Positions 1 through 10,585 of a stretch of DNA of 58,000 nucleotides are shown here, piece by piece. The position numbers were made by a program, and so were the translations under genes. This stretch comes from an uncultured Burkholderiaceae bacterium (GTDB lineage Bacteria; Pseudomonadota; Gammaproteobacteria; Burkholderiales; Burkholderiaceae_F). The notes beneath the pieces were generated by a model, which was given only the letters and a program-made list of their open reading frames with translations, made no database searches and was not told where the DNA came from. Position 1 is the stretch's first letter; each line of letters begins with the position of its first letter. The stretch lies in NCBI GenBank assembly GCA_964554145.1, contig CAZKNV010000001.1, forward strand, positions 1 to 58,000, read 5' to 3'.

Positions 1-49
1 ACGCCTCACTTGGGTGTCAACATACCAACACCACTTTTTCTTCACGCAA

Positions 50-212
50 CTCGGGCCTTTGGGCTCGAACCAGAGCCTCCTGCTCCCGAAGCAGGGCAAG
101 TACTTAACCAATCACGACAATCTGCCGGACTTCAGGGGGGAATCGAGCGTCGGTGCCGATTCTTTGCGACGTTAATGCTAGAGCTTGCCGGGTGAAACAG
201 ACCCCCAAACGG
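50..212 (-). repeat. Copy 1 of a ~165-bp module: tRNA-Pro-like 3' fragment (anticodon arm with loop TTCGGGA = CGG, T-arm, 3' acceptor strand; no matching 5' acceptor/D-arm) plus ~115 bp conserved flank
   Basis: The reverse complement of 50-96 reads CCTGC-TTCGGGA-GCAGG, then TCTGG-TTCGAGC-CCAAA, then GGCCCGA. No complementary 5' acceptor strand lies upstream. The blocks GGGGAATCGAGCGTCGG (137-153) and GAAACAGACCCCCAAAC (194-210) are identical to 14151-14167 and 14208-14224 at the same spacing. Confidence 0.5.
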
Positions 213-432
213 ACCAAAGGGGGGCGACGGCTCCGAATTGCGACCGTGGAATCCACCAAAATGGTCTCTCTCTGACGCATTCAAATCATCAATCGATTTC
301 CGTCACGCCCATTTCCCCGATTCCACCAATTCCAAGCATTCCAGTCGAACGGTCAGTCCTTGGATGCCAGCACCTGACTGTGGACAATTCGCCGAGTTGA
401 CGCAATAATGTCAACAGGACGACACGCGAATC

Positions 433-1056
433 ATGACGCACGCACGCACCCTCGCACCCGACACGCCCGACGTGGACGCGCCCGATCTCGACTCGGCGCT
501 CGCCGCGCGTGTGCGCGAAGGTGACGGCGCCGCGTTCGAAGCCCTCTTCCGCGCCTACTTCGCCAGTCTCGCCAGTCTCGCCTTCGCCTACGTCAAGTCG
601 CGCGAGACAGCGGAGGAGCTGGTGCAGGACATCCTTCTGCGCGTCTGGCAGGAACGTTCAACCTGGGAAGTGCGCGGCAGCGTGCGCTCCTACCTGTACG
701 CCGCCGTGCGGCATCGCGCTATCAGCCACCTGCGCAAGGTTCGTGTTGCGACGCGTGTCGAGGAGGACGCCACCGCCGCCTCCATTCACGGCATCGGCTG
801 GGGCGGGGCATTCGGTTCTCAGGTTCCCGCGGCGGACGCGGAGCTCGAGGCCGCCGAGCTTCACGCGGCGATCGAACGAGCCATCGCGGAACTGCCTGAC
901 CGCTGCCGCGAGGCGTTCGCGCTCAGCCGCCAGCACGACCTCACCCACGCCGAGATTGCGGAAATCATGGGTACGGCGGTGAAGACCGTCGAGAACCAGG
1001 TCAACAAGGCGCGCACGCACCTGCGCCGCCGCCTCACGCCCTGGCTCAACGGCTGA
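433..1056 (+). CDS. ECF-type RNA polymerase sigma factor (sigma-70 family, group 4)
   Basis: 207-aa ORF with region 2 (EELVQDILLRVWQ) and a region 4 HTH (LTHAEIAEIMGTAVKTVENQVNKAR). It is followed by FecR-like and STN-TonB receptor genes. Confidence 0.9.
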   Translation: MTHARTLAPDTPDVDAPDLDSALAARVREGDGAAFEALFRAYFASLASLAFAYVKSRETAEELVQDILLRVWQERSTWEVRGSVRSYLYAAVRHRAISHLRKVRVATRVEEDATAASIHGIGWGGAFGSQVPAADAELEAAELHAAIERAIAELPDRCREAFALSRQHDLTHAEIAEIMGTAVKTVENQVNKARTHLRRRLTPWLNG

Positions 1057-1166
1057 TTTCCGCGAGTTAATTCGGCTTTTTTCGTGCCAATTCGGTGGAT
1101 TAGGATTCCCCGTAGGTAGTTCGGGCGGGGAATGCGTCATGTAGGGCGAACGCAAAGCGAGCCTGA

Positions 1167-2306
1167 TTGATGACGCCCCCTCTCGACGACCATTCTCCCG
1201 ATCTCTCCGACGACGTCCTCGACCGCTTCGTTGCCGATGAATCTCCGGCAATCGAGGCGGACGAGGTTCGCCGCTGGATCGCGGCCGACCCCTCTCCCCC
1301 AGCTCGACAACAGAAAATTGCGCGACTTCGCGTGCTCTGGGAGGCCAGCCGTCGTCCCGCGGACGCGCCATTCGAGTCCTGGGACGTAGACGCCGCGTGG
1401 CAGAAGGCAGCGGCGCGGATGGGGATTCCGTCGGGGCAGAAAGCCCCCGTGCGCATCCTCTCGCTCGGCGCAAAGCGCCGTGTCACCCGTCCCTGGATCT
1501 CGCGCGTTCCGGCTCCCGCGTTGCGCGCCGCGAGTATTCTTCTCATCGCCGGCAGCGCGGCCCTCGCGCTTTATGTCGCCTCCGGGCGTTTCAGTGCGAC
1601 AGGGGCGGCACGCACCGCGATGTCAGTTCCAGTCAGGGAATACGCCACATTGCGCGGCCAGCGCGCGACCATCCATCTCGTGGACGGCACTCGCGTCATC
1701 CTCGGCCCTGCCTCGAAGCTACGCGTTCCGGCGGATTACGGTCGCACCCCCGGGGACACGGTCCCCTTCACCTCCCTCAGCAGCGTCGGCCCCCGCACTG
1801 TCGCATTGGAGGGCGAGGGATACTTTGACGTAGCGCACGATGCCGCTCGATCCTTCGCGGTGCGAGTGGGATCACAGCTCGTGCGCGACATCGGCACGAA
1901 GTTTGTGGTGCGCGCCTACGACCTGAAGCGCTCGGTTGACGTTGCCGTCACCGAAGGCGTCGTGCTCGTTGCTGGTGCGCGCCTCGAGCAAGGCGACCTG
2001 GGTCGCCTCGACACTAATGGTACCGTGAGCGTGAAACGCGGCGTGGATCTCCGCCCGTATACCTCGTGGACCACCGGCCGCCTCGTCTTCGACGACACGC
2101 CGCTCAATGACGCGCTCCCCACGCTCGAGCGCTGGTACGATCTCGACATCACTGTCGTGGATCGCGCGCTGTACGCGCGGCGCCTCTTCGCGACGGTCTC
2201 CGAAGACGATCCTCCTTCCAATGTGCTCGATCTGATTGCGCTCTCGCTCGACGTGTCCGTCGAGCGAAATGGCAGACAAGTCACTCTCCACTCGAGGCGG
2301 AAATGA
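1167..2306 (+). CDS. FecR-family anti-sigma factor / transmembrane sensor
   Basis: 379 aa with a single TM (AASILLIAGSAALALYV), a FecR-type core (LEGEGYFDVAHDAARSFAVRV) and a C-terminal LPTLERWYDLDI segment. Its stop overlaps the downstream receptor start. Confidence 0.85.
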   Translation: MMTPPLDDHSPDLSDDVLDRFVADESPAIEADEVRRWIAADPSPPARQQKIARLRVLWEASRRPADAPFESWDVDAAWQKAAARMGIPSGQKAPVRILSLGAKRRVTRPWISRVPAPALRAASILLIAGSAALALYVASGRFSATGAARTAMSVPVREYATLRGQRATIHLVDGTRVILGPASKLRVPADYGRTPGDTVPFTSLSSVGPRTVALEGEGYFDVAHDAARSFAVRVGSQLVRDIGTKFVVRAYDLKRSVDVAVTEGVVLVAGARLEQGDLGRLDTNGTVSVKRGVDLRPYTSWTTGRLVFDDTPLNDALPTLERWYDLDITVVDRALYARRLFATVSEDDPPSNVLDLIALSLDVSVERNGRQVTLHSRRK

Positions 2307-5300
2307 TTTGCGTCAAGTCATTCACGTCGGCGTTCGTAGCCGGCCTTCTTGTCGTCTTCACAATCACTGCCGGCGCACAGGGGCAAGTCGCGGTGAACAG
2401 CGTCGAAGCCCGCGGTCCGCGCTTTTTCCTGGCGCAGGCCTCGCGCGATGCCAGCCCCGTGCCGCTCGACGTGGGACGTACGCCCGTGCTTGTGCGCCGT
2501 ATTGCTGTGGATCTCGACGGAGTACCGCTCAAGGAAGCGCTTGCCGAGATCTCGGCGCGCTCCGGTCTGACGCTCGTGTATGGTGATGGCGTGCTCCCGG
2601 CCGACAAGCGTGTTCATCTTCGAGCGGAGCAGATCACGGTCGTGGCCGCGCTCACGGATGTGCTGGCGGACATCGGTGTGGACGTTCTCTTCAATTCGCG
2701 GGGTGGGGCGACCCTCGTGCGTCGCACTGTATTGCAACGTGTACTCGCGGGAGTCATCACTGGGCGGATCACCGATGCTGTGACCAGCGAAGGGATTTCG
2801 GGCGTTCAGGTCTACGTTGAGGGCAGTCGGTCGCGCTCCAGCAGTGACGCGAGCGGCCGCTATCGCCTGTCAGACATCCCTTCGGGAACTCACACGCTCG
2901 CCGCGCGGCGCCTCGGATACGCGCCGACTACGAGCACAGTCACAGTGCCTCAAGGCGAAGACCTGACCGTCGACTTCAGCATGCGGCCAACCGCATCGTC
3001 GTTGTCAGAGGTGGTAGTGACTGCGACGGGCGAGCAGCGCCGTGTTGAGTTGGGACACGTGGTGGCTCGGATCAATGCTGACTCCGTCGTGAAAGCCGCG
3101 TCCGTCGGGAGCCTCAGCGAGCTGCTCAATGGCCGGGTAGCCGGACTCCAGGTAAACACGTTTCAGGGCACGGTGGGAGGGGAGATCAGCCTGCAGCTTC
3201 GGGGACCCAGCACGATCCAGTTGAGCACCGAGCCGATCATCATCGTGGATGGTATCCGTTTCACCGGCCGGGCTGCGGGCAGGGTCTTTCTCGGGTCCGT
3301 CAATAATGTGGAGCCCACGAGTCCCCTGAACGATTTGAATCCGAATGAAATCGAATCGATCGAGATCGCGAAGGGTCCGTCTGCGGCCACGCTGTATGGC
3401 ACCGATGCCGCGAACGGCGTGATAGTCATTACGACGAAGCGCGGCAGGCCTGGGCCGGCGCGCTGGAACGCATATATGAAGGGCGCAGTGTCCGACATTC
3501 CTAAAACAGACTATCCAGAGGCTTACTGGGGCTGGCAAACAAGTGGAGGCGTAACCTCCCCGTTTAGTTGTCTCCTCCAACGCGTGGCGACGGGCGGATG
3601 CACCCAGGACAGCGTCACTGTAATAGGGAATCCACTTAACGATCCGGATCTCACGATCTTCGCATCCAAGCCGCGCTGGGAATATGGTGCCAATGTATCG
3701 GGCGGCTCCCAGAACTTTCGGTACTTCTTTGGCGGCAATCTCGAGCAGGTGACCGGTCCGCTCCGGATGCCGCCAGCGATGGCCGATTCTATCTCGCTGG
3801 AACGTCAGGTTCTCACGGAGCAACTGGAGCCAAACGCATTCTCCAAGGTGAACCTCCATTCGAACGTGGCTGTCAGGTTCGGCGGGTCGACCGAGCTTCA
3901 GGTGAACGCGGGCTATACCCGCCGGGCGACACGTACGCTCAACTTGGCTAACCCGTATATGACCAGCATTACTTTCCCGGCACCAGGAGACCCATTCAGC
4001 AGAGGCAATGGGCCCGACCAGCGCTTCTCGAGCACGTCAACGGAGCAAGTCAGTCGCACGTTCGCGAGCATGACAGGCCGGTGGTCCACGTCGTGGCTGT
4101 CGGCGCGCGCCGTAGGCGGTGTCGACCTGGCCAACATCACGCGATCGAGTCTCGCCGGGCGAGGTGAAGCACCAGCGCTGTTCGACCGCGGCGCGGTCGG
4201 TGACGACCGCGGCCGCCAACTCGCCACCACCGGCGAACTGACGGCCACTGCGAGCTTCGCATCCGGCCGGCTCAGCTCCCGCACGTCGGTCGCGACGCAG
4301 TACGTGCGAACCGTTGATGACGTCCTCAGCAGCTCCGGCACGGATTTGCCTCCAGGCGCATCGACGATCGGCGCCGCGGCCAGCGTGCAGGTACGCCAGA
4401 GCTATCGGGAACAGGTAACCCTTGGAAGTTACCTGGAGCAGACTGTCGGCCTAAACGACCGACTGTTCCTGACCGGCGCAATGCGCGTGGACGGCGCGAG
4501 CACCTTCGGTCGCGACTACGACGCCGTGATCTACCCCAAAGTCGGCATTTCATGGCTGGCATCGGAAGAGCCGATACTGTCGCGCCTGCCGTTGCTGGAC
4601 GACCTCCGGCTCCGCTACGCCTTCGGCGCGTCGGGCCAACAGCCGCGGCCGGAGTGGGCTCGACCTGGATTCGCGCTGCAACAGGTGTTCTACCAGGGCG
4701 CTATAACCAATGTCTATACGATCAACACGCTCGGAAACCCGAACCTGCGACCGGAACAGGTCCGCGAGCATGAGTTCGGGTTTGATGCGAGCGCACTGGA
4801 CAATCGTGTGGAAGTGGGGCTCACTTGGTATCGCCGTAAAACGGTCGATCAGATTATCAGCGCCAATCTGCCACCTGGTCTCGGAACCATGGAGACGAAC
4901 CTCGGGCTTACGACCGGCCGGGGATTCGAGGCGCAGATCTCTGCCAGGCCACTCAATACCCGTGCAGTGAGCTGGAGCATCTCGTTTCTGCACAGCTTCC
5001 ACCGGACCACGCTGCAAGACTTGGGTGGTGCGGCCGCGCGCCGTGCCGTGTTTGGCGGGTGGGTGGAGGGATACCCGCTGGGCGCACGTTTCGTGAGGCC
5101 GCTGGTAGGCTACGAAGATACAAATGGTGACGGCATCATCAACCAGTTTGGAGGAGAGCTGCAGTTCGGAGACACAATGGTGTATGCCGGCGAAAGCAGG
5201 CCTCCACGTTCCCAGAGTCTTACGAACTCAGTCAATTTCTTTGACGCGCGCCTGCGATTCTCCGCACTATTGGAACGCCGCTCGGGCTTCACGCAACTCA

Positions 5301-5662
5301 ATTCGCTCTATGGGGGACAGTGTGCCAACTCCCGGTGTCGGGCGCTGGTAGATCGGACCACACCGCTCGCCGAACAGGCGGCGGCAGGAGCGCGCAACGT
5401 ACGAGGTGACTACGACTTCATCGAACCGGGAGATTTTACGCGTCTCCGCGAGGTAGGAATTGCGATCGATCTCCCTCCCCTCATGACACGCGCGCTGCAA
5501 CTCAGTTCGGGCACGCTTTCGCTGCAGGGACGCAACCTCGCTCTCTGGACTTCCTACAGCGGCGCGGACCCTGAGAGTTCTACCATCGGTTCCCTTGGTG
5601 CCTCCGCGCTCGGCATCCCGCAGGGCCGCACATGGGCGTTGCGGTTCGACATTGGCTTCTGA
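2303..5662 (+). CDS. SusC/RagA-like TonB-dependent outer-membrane receptor with N-terminal STN signalling domain and CarboxypepD_reg domain
   Basis: 1119 aa with a signal peptide, an STN-like segment (VDLDGVPLKEALAEISARSGLTLVY), CarboxypepD_reg (GRITDAVTSEGISGVQVYV), a plug (ATLYGTDAANGVIVITTKRG) and a C-terminal barrel ending in F. Confidence 0.9.
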   Translation: MICVKSFTSAFVAGLLVVFTITAGAQGQVAVNSVEARGPRFFLAQASRDASPVPLDVGRTPVLVRRIAVDLDGVPLKEALAEISARSGLTLVYGDGVLPADKRVHLRAEQITVVAALTDVLADIGVDVLFNSRGGATLVRRTVLQRVLAGVITGRITDAVTSEGISGVQVYVEGSRSRSSSDASGRYRLSDIPSGTHTLAARRLGYAPTTSTVTVPQGEDLTVDFSMRPTASSLSEVVVTATGEQRRVELGHVVARINADSVVKAASVGSLSELLNGRVAGLQVNTFQGTVGGEISLQLRGPSTIQLSTEPIIIVDGIRFTGRAAGRVFLGSVNNVEPTSPLNDLNPNEIESIEIAKGPSAATLYGTDAANGVIVITTKRGRPGPARWNAYMKGAVSDIPKTDYPEAYWGWQTSGGVTSPFSCLLQRVATGGCTQDSVTVIGNPLNDPDLTIFASKPRWEYGANVSGGSQNFRYFFGGNLEQVTGPLRMPPAMADSISLERQVLTEQLEPNAFSKVNLHSNVAVRFGGSTELQVNAGYTRRATRTLNLANPYMTSITFPAPGDPFSRGNGPDQRFSSTSTEQVSRTFASMTGRWSTSWLSARAVGGVDLANITRSSLAGRGEAPALFDRGAVGDDRGRQLATTGELTATASFASGRLSSRTSVATQYVRTVDDVLSSSGTDLPPGASTIGAAASVQVRQSYREQVTLGSYLEQTVGLNDRLFLTGAMRVDGASTFGRDYDAVIYPKVGISWLASEEPILSRLPLLDDLRLRYAFGASGQQPRPEWARPGFALQQVFYQGAITNVYTINTLGNPNLRPEQVREHEFGFDASALDNRVEVGLTWYRRKTVDQIISANLPPGLGTMETNLGLTTGRGFEAQISARPLNTRAVSWSISFLHSFHRTTLQDLGGAAARRAVFGGWVEGYPLGARFVRPLVGYEDTNGDGIINQFGGELQFGDTMVYAGESRPPRSQSLTNSVNFFDARLRFSALLERRSGFTQLNSLYGGQCANSRCRALVDRTTPLAEQAAAGARNVRGDYDFIEPGDFTRLREVGIAIDLPPLMTRALQLSSGTLSLQGRNLALWTSYSGADPESSTIGSLGASALGIPQGRTWALRFDIGF

Positions 5663-5683
5663 CATCCCGAAGGAGATAGGGCA

Positions 5684-6949
5684 ATGAGATCATTCGGCAT
5701 GAGATCGAGGATCGTGCGCCGGATCACGGCCGGAGCTTTACTGCTAGTCACGGCTGGGTGCGGTCTGCTCGATGTCTCCGACCCAACGGCCATCGAGAAC
5801 GCCGATGTCGCGAACGCAACCGGTGCTGACCTTCTCCGCCGCGATGCGATCAGGAGATTATACCGTGCTGTCGGCGAAGGGGTCTTTACGACCGGGATTC
5901 TGTCCGATGAGTTGGTTGGCTACGACCCTCGTTTGGACAAGCGCGATCGCGCCGCCACGTACGGCTACGGGGCCTACACGCAGTGGAAGGAGGTTCAGGG
6001 CGCGACGGCGCTCGCGATTCCGCAGATCCTAACGTATGGCGCTCAAGCCTCGAGGCGGGCATACGCGGGCGAGCTGTTCGCGGTGCACGGATATGCTACG
6101 CTCGGGCTGGCGGAGGGCTTCTGTCCCGGGTTTCCGATACACGAGATCGTCGACTTCAAACCGGTTTACGGGCCACCGCTCTCGACCGATGAGGCGTTGG
6201 AGCGTGCGCTGGCCGACTTCGATTCGGCAGGGGCATACGCTGCGGACAGTGCCCGAATTCTCAATCTCGCCCGAATTGGACGCGGGCGTGCGCTGCTGGG
6301 ACTCGGACGCTTTCCCGAGGCTGCGGAAACCGTGGGTGCAGTTCCGACGGCATACACATGGAACGCCGAGTTCGCATCAATACAGCAGAATTGGCTAGGG
6401 TTCCTCTGGCAACTCGGTCCGTTCATCCGAGTCGGCGATCGCGAGGGAGGGAACGGGCTGGATTTTGTCGCGGCTAACGACCCGCGTTTGAAGGTGCGCC
6501 TCATACGCACAACTTCTACCGCGTCTTATTACGCGGCGACCAAGTATCCGAATGCGGACGCGCCTATCGTCATCGCGAGCGGGCTAGAGGCGCGACTGAT
6601 TGAGGCTGAGGCGGCTCTTAACGCCAATGATCCGCAATGGTTGACAATCTTGAATGACCTCCGGGCCTCACAGATAAGTCCGGCGATGTCGCCGCTCGAC
6701 GACCCAGGCACCGAAGCGGCGCGCGTTGACCTCCTCTTCCGAGAGCGTGCGTTCTGGCTGTACGGCACCGCGCACCGGCTAGCTGATCTGCGGCGAATGA
6801 TCGCCCGCTATGGCCGCTCAAGTGAAAGCGTCTTTCCTACAGGTCCGTATTACCTTGGCGACGTGTACGGGTCGGCGACCAGCATGCCGTTTCCGGCGGC
6901 GTCTGAAACTCCATACAATCCCGCCGTCACCGGCTGCACGGATCAATAG
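5684..6949 (+). CDS. SusD/RagB-like outer-membrane lipoprotein
   Basis: 421 aa with a lipobox (LLLVTAGC). It lies immediately downstream of the SusC-like gene and is a paralogue of 51776-53185 (shared LLGLGRF.EAA...VP..F.YNAEF and LEARLIEAEAAL motifs). Confidence 0.8.
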   Translation: MRSFGMRSRIVRRITAGALLLVTAGCGLLDVSDPTAIENADVANATGADLLRRDAIRRLYRAVGEGVFTTGILSDELVGYDPRLDKRDRAATYGYGAYTQWKEVQGATALAIPQILTYGAQASRRAYAGELFAVHGYATLGLAEGFCPGFPIHEIVDFKPVYGPPLSTDEALERALADFDSAGAYAADSARILNLARIGRGRALLGLGRFPEAAETVGAVPTAYTWNAEFASIQQNWLGFLWQLGPFIRVGDREGGNGLDFVAANDPRLKVRLIRTTSTASYYAATKYPNADAPIVIASGLEARLIEAEAALNANDPQWLTILNDLRASQISPAMSPLDDPGTEAARVDLLFRERAFWLYGTAHRLADLRRMIARYGRSSESVFPTGPYYLGDVYGSATSMPFPAASETPYNPAVTGCTDQ

Positions 6950-7069
6950 CCGTGTCGCCTCGGCATAACGATCTCTCGCTCGGGACAGGCCCCTATCCTC
7001 GCCGCGTCCGGCCTGGCGACACCATCCGCAAAGACAGTAGTGGTACACTGCACCTTCTGCGTCATATAA

Positions 7070-7459
7070 ATGGAGTTTCAGTACACCTCGTCGGTCTGGG
7101 ACCCGCGCACGAGTACGGTGTCGTTGCGCTACCAGATGCTGAATACGTCGCAGGACACAATCGTGCTCCCGCTCAAGCTCCGCGTGGCCACCTTGACATC
7201 CGACCTGGGTGTTCCAAGCATCGTTCTGGGCGGGGGGCGAACGGCGCGCACAGGTTCCATTCTCGATGTCTCACACCTGCTTCCGTCGGGGAAGCTCCTT
7301 CCGCGCCAAACCACCCGGGAAGCCTCCCTGCAGGTAAAGTTGGACGAGGTAACCGACTTGGGTGTGGGGCGGCGAGATGCAGTTCATCTCGTACTGAAGG
7401 TATACAGCGGGATGCGAACTTCAGCTGCGGATTCTGCGTCTCGAATGTCAGCGAGCTGA
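7070..7459 (+). CDS. hypothetical protein (129 aa)
   Basis: ORF with GC3-rich codons lying between the SusD-like and S9 peptidase genes. No recognisable motif. Confidence 0.45.
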   Translation: MEFQYTSSVWDPRTSTVSLRYQMLNTSQDTIVLPLKLRVATLTSDLGVPSIVLGGGRTARTGSILDVSHLLPSGKLLPRQTTREASLQVKLDEVTDLGVGRRDAVHLVLKVYSGMRTSAADSASRMSAS

Positions 7460-7491
7460 CCCAGCGCACGCTAGTTATCAAGTAGAAGCGA

Positions 7492-9897
7492 ATGCTCGCG
7501 ACCATTCTTGCCGCCCTGGTTTTCCTGCAAACCGTTCAGCAGGGCGGGAGACCTGTGTCGTCGGCCAGGGACACCGTCGACTATGCGGCGGCGCTCGGAC
7601 GAACCGTCGAAAGCCATAGAGTCGTGGATCCCGCGCTCGCTCTCTCCCGGGATGGGCGATGGGTTGCGACGACCGTTGGCGAACGCGTGACGGTGGTGTC
7701 CAGTGATGGCAGGAAGTCGCATTCCGTCTTGCCCACCCTGCGTTGTACCGGAGTGAGCTGGTTGGACCTCGATCGGCGTCTGCTGATCACCTGTAAGAGC
7801 AGCGTCGGGCGGGGTTATACGTCGATCTACCTCTGGCGCCTCGGTTCCGGGATCGTGGACTCAGTGGACTCGGCAGACTGGCTCCATTCCTCGACTACGC
7901 CGCCCGTACCGATCCCTGGCACTGCGGAGTTCATTTACGCCACGCAGGAGAATTTGGTGCCTCCCACGCGCGCCGCCCAGAAAACGCAGACATTCGTGGT
8001 GGGGGGAATATCACTGCCTGACTCCGCGCGCTGTTTTGCGCTCGGAATGAATGCTTCTGCCGGCCTTTGCTCTGACACGGTCGACATCCTACGTTCACGC
8101 GAGCGGGCCGCACACATTACCCCGCCGGGCAATGCCACGGCCAGTCTGCGGCAAGCTGGAGCGGCGGCTGCGCCCGACCATCCCGTCACCCGTGTCGTGC
8201 TGTACGATTCCAGGACACGCACTAAGAGGACGGTGGCGCGAATCCGCGGAAACGGCCAGATACGAAGCCTGCGTCCCCTCCTTGACCGGCGCGAGTTTGT
8301 CGTAAGGTTCCGACCGTCTCGCAACGATGCAGCTACACGGGTCGCTGTGCTGTCACTGTCGCCGAAAGCCGAGTCCGACTCCAGTGGCCAGTTTCTCGAA
8401 GCGGATTCCAGTGGCAGGCTGACCTTGGGCCACGGCGCGCTGCGATCTGTGGACCTACTGAACGAACGTCGCGGACGTGAGATAAGCATTTCGCCGGACG
8501 GCGAAACCCTGGCGTGGGTCGCTGTCGATACGACTGCACACTACGCGACACAGCGCGCAAGCGACACTTTGTACATGGCTTCATCGTCGGACGGGAAGTC
8601 AGTCGCTATCGCCCTGGCGCTTCCATCGGCTTCATCGGACTCGAGCAAGATGCTCCAGTGGTACCAACGCGAGTCCCTGCGCTGGACTCCGAACGGCAAT
8701 CGGCTCGTTGTCGCCAATCGGGGGACTATTTGGTCGGTGGATCGTAGAAGCGGTAAGGCGCGGCCATTGGTTGGCGAGAGCAGATACCTGGCCTCAGCGC
8801 TCCCTTATATCTCGGATCGCGATGCGCTGGTGACTGCCGTGGATGTATGGACCGGGCGGAGTAGTGCTTGGTGGATCGATCTCGCCAACGGCCATTGGGA
8901 TCACCGCGCCGCGCTTCCTAATGAGGTGATGTGGGACGCGTATGCGGCAATGCAGGTATTCGGCGCGCGGGTGGGAAACGGACGGAATGTTGTCCTTGCT
9001 TACGTCGGCAGGTCGAATCGCACACTCCCGAACGCATTCGCAGTTCGCTTCAACTCACGGGGGGATCGCGAGAACCCCGTCCGCCAGCTCACCCACCGAG
9101 AAGTGCCGGTCAAGGTTCCGCGCACAAATGATACGTTAGTCACGTACCGGATCTCCCCGACCCAGTGGGGAGCCGGAGTACTCATGCGTCCGGCCGGTGC
9201 AACTGGACCGCTTCCTACCATCATCCAGGCATATCCAGACCGCCCTTCTGTCTTTCGTCGTTTGCACGCGCCCGGCCTGTTGCTCTGGGGTGATGCATTC
9301 GCAGCCATCGCACGCGGTTTCGCTGTGCTTCTAGTGGATGTGCCGCTCGAGCCGTATCCGTCGTACGGGCCCGACGGTCCCGCTGCCGGTATAGTGCGCG
9401 GCATGACGGCAGCCATTCAAGCGTTCGCGCGCACGGGGTGGATCGACACGACGCGACTCGGTGTCACTGGACAGAGCTACGGTGGGTACATGGTCAATCT
9501 GCTTATCACCAATACGGAGCTCTTTCGCGCGGCAGTCAGCCTGGCCGGTCCCTCCGATCTCGTCAGCGGGTCAGCAGGTGGTACGGAGTACGGACCGCGG
9601 TGGTTCGTCACGAGTCAGGGGCGAATGGGGAAAAGCTTGGCCGAAGCCCCCGAGCGCTACGTCCTGAATTCTCCAGTCCTGCATCTCGATCGGGTGAAGG
9701 CTCCTTTGCTGCTCGTTCATGGCGTCCGGGACATGACCGTACACATCAGCCAGAGTGAAGAGATGTTCCGCGGGCTCTCGATCAACCGCAAGCCGGTAGA
9801 GTTGGTGCGCTATCACGATGAGGGTCATACTGGCGACAGGTTCCTGCGCGCCGCTTGGTTGCGCGGTCTCGACTGGTTCGACCAATACCTGAAGTAG
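7492..9897 (+). CDS. S9 family serine peptidase (prolyl oligopeptidase/dipeptidyl-peptidase-like) with N-terminal beta-propeller region
   Basis: 801 aa with a signal-like N-terminus, the nucleophile elbow GQSYGGYM, and downstream HGVRDMTV and HDEGH triad positions. Confidence 0.85.
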   Translation: MLATILAALVFLQTVQQGGRPVSSARDTVDYAAALGRTVESHRVVDPALALSRDGRWVATTVGERVTVVSSDGRKSHSVLPTLRCTGVSWLDLDRRLLITCKSSVGRGYTSIYLWRLGSGIVDSVDSADWLHSSTTPPVPIPGTAEFIYATQENLVPPTRAAQKTQTFVVGGISLPDSARCFALGMNASAGLCSDTVDILRSRERAAHITPPGNATASLRQAGAAAAPDHPVTRVVLYDSRTRTKRTVARIRGNGQIRSLRPLLDRREFVVRFRPSRNDAATRVAVLSLSPKAESDSSGQFLEADSSGRLTLGHGALRSVDLLNERRGREISISPDGETLAWVAVDTTAHYATQRASDTLYMASSSDGKSVAIALALPSASSDSSKMLQWYQRESLRWTPNGNRLVVANRGTIWSVDRRSGKARPLVGESRYLASALPYISDRDALVTAVDVWTGRSSAWWIDLANGHWDHRAALPNEVMWDAYAAMQVFGARVGNGRNVVLAYVGRSNRTLPNAFAVRFNSRGDRENPVRQLTHREVPVKVPRTNDTLVTYRISPTQWGAGVLMRPAGATGPLPTIIQAYPDRPSVFRRLHAPGLLLWGDAFAAIARGFAVLLVDVPLEPYPSYGPDGPAAGIVRGMTAAIQAFARTGWIDTTRLGVTGQSYGGYMVNLLITNTELFRAAVSLAGPSDLVSGSAGGTEYGPRWFVTSQGRMGKSLAEAPERYVLNSPVLHLDRVKAPLLLVHGVRDMTVHISQSEEMFRGLSINRKPVELVRYHDEGHTGDRFLRAAWLRGLDWFDQYLK

Positions 9898-9931
9898 CCA
9901 CTGGAAGCAACGGGCCTTCCGTCGTTCCGCT

Positions 9932-10178
9932 TCACTGACGGCCACAGTCTCGCGCCCTTTGCCGGCCTCACGCGTGATTTTCGATGATCCCGCCGGTGCT
10001 ACGGCAGCGACGCCTCCATCCGCGGTGGGTGGCTCCACCGGCGACGTCAGCGCGCTCAATGCCGCCCAGCAGTCGATTCGCCGTTTCATGACTGCCGGTA
10101 CGTACAAGTGGACCGCGACCGCCACGGGAGGTTCACCGCCGTATGGGTCAGACCCTCACCACCATCGTAATCAAGTAA
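9932..10178 (+). pseudogene. Remnant of the C-terminal ~75 codons of a paralogue of the Big_2 lipoprotein at 53250-54365, with a frameshift
   Basis: VIFDDPAGATAATPPSAVGGSTGDVSALNAAQQSIRRFMTAGTYKWTATATGG aligns with YTFDNPAGATDAVPASSTGGASGNVTTLATNQSSRRRFLTAGTYRWTMTVTAG. After a +1 shift, GQTLTTIVIK* matches GQKLTGTIVVR*. Confidence 0.6.
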
Positions 10179-10247
10179 TACTGAAACGCGAGCGACCCGC
10201 GCCAGTAGTGGTATCGATATACGTCCGGCGTCTTATAAGATACGGAC

Positions 10248-10585
10248 GTGCGCCCATATCAAAGTGAGACGCAAACGTTGAACGCATCAACCGCAACCGG
10301 CGCTCGCGTCCAATCGACGAGCGAGCGCGATGAGCTACTCAATGCAGTCACGCGGCTGCGCGACGAGGTAGGCAAGCGCATCGTCGGCCAGGAACGGGTG
10401 GTCGAGGAAATCCTCCTCGCGCTCGTGGCCGGCGGGCACGCGCTTCTCGTCGGCGTCCCCGGTCGGGCGAAGACGCTGATGATCCGCTCGCTAGCCGAGG
10501 CGATGCAGCTGGATTTCCGGCGCATTCAATTCACTCCTGACCTGGTACCGTCGGACATTACCGGCACCGAGATCATGGAGGAGGG
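10248..10585 (+). pseudogene. MoxR-like AAA+ ATPase, N-terminal ~110 codons only (truncated)
   Basis: Contains RIVGQERVVEEILLALVAGGHALLVGVPGRAKTLMIRSLAEAMQLDFRRIQFTPDLVPSDITGTEIMEE (Walker A GVPGRAKT). The reading frame breaks off at ~10585. Confidence 0.8.
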
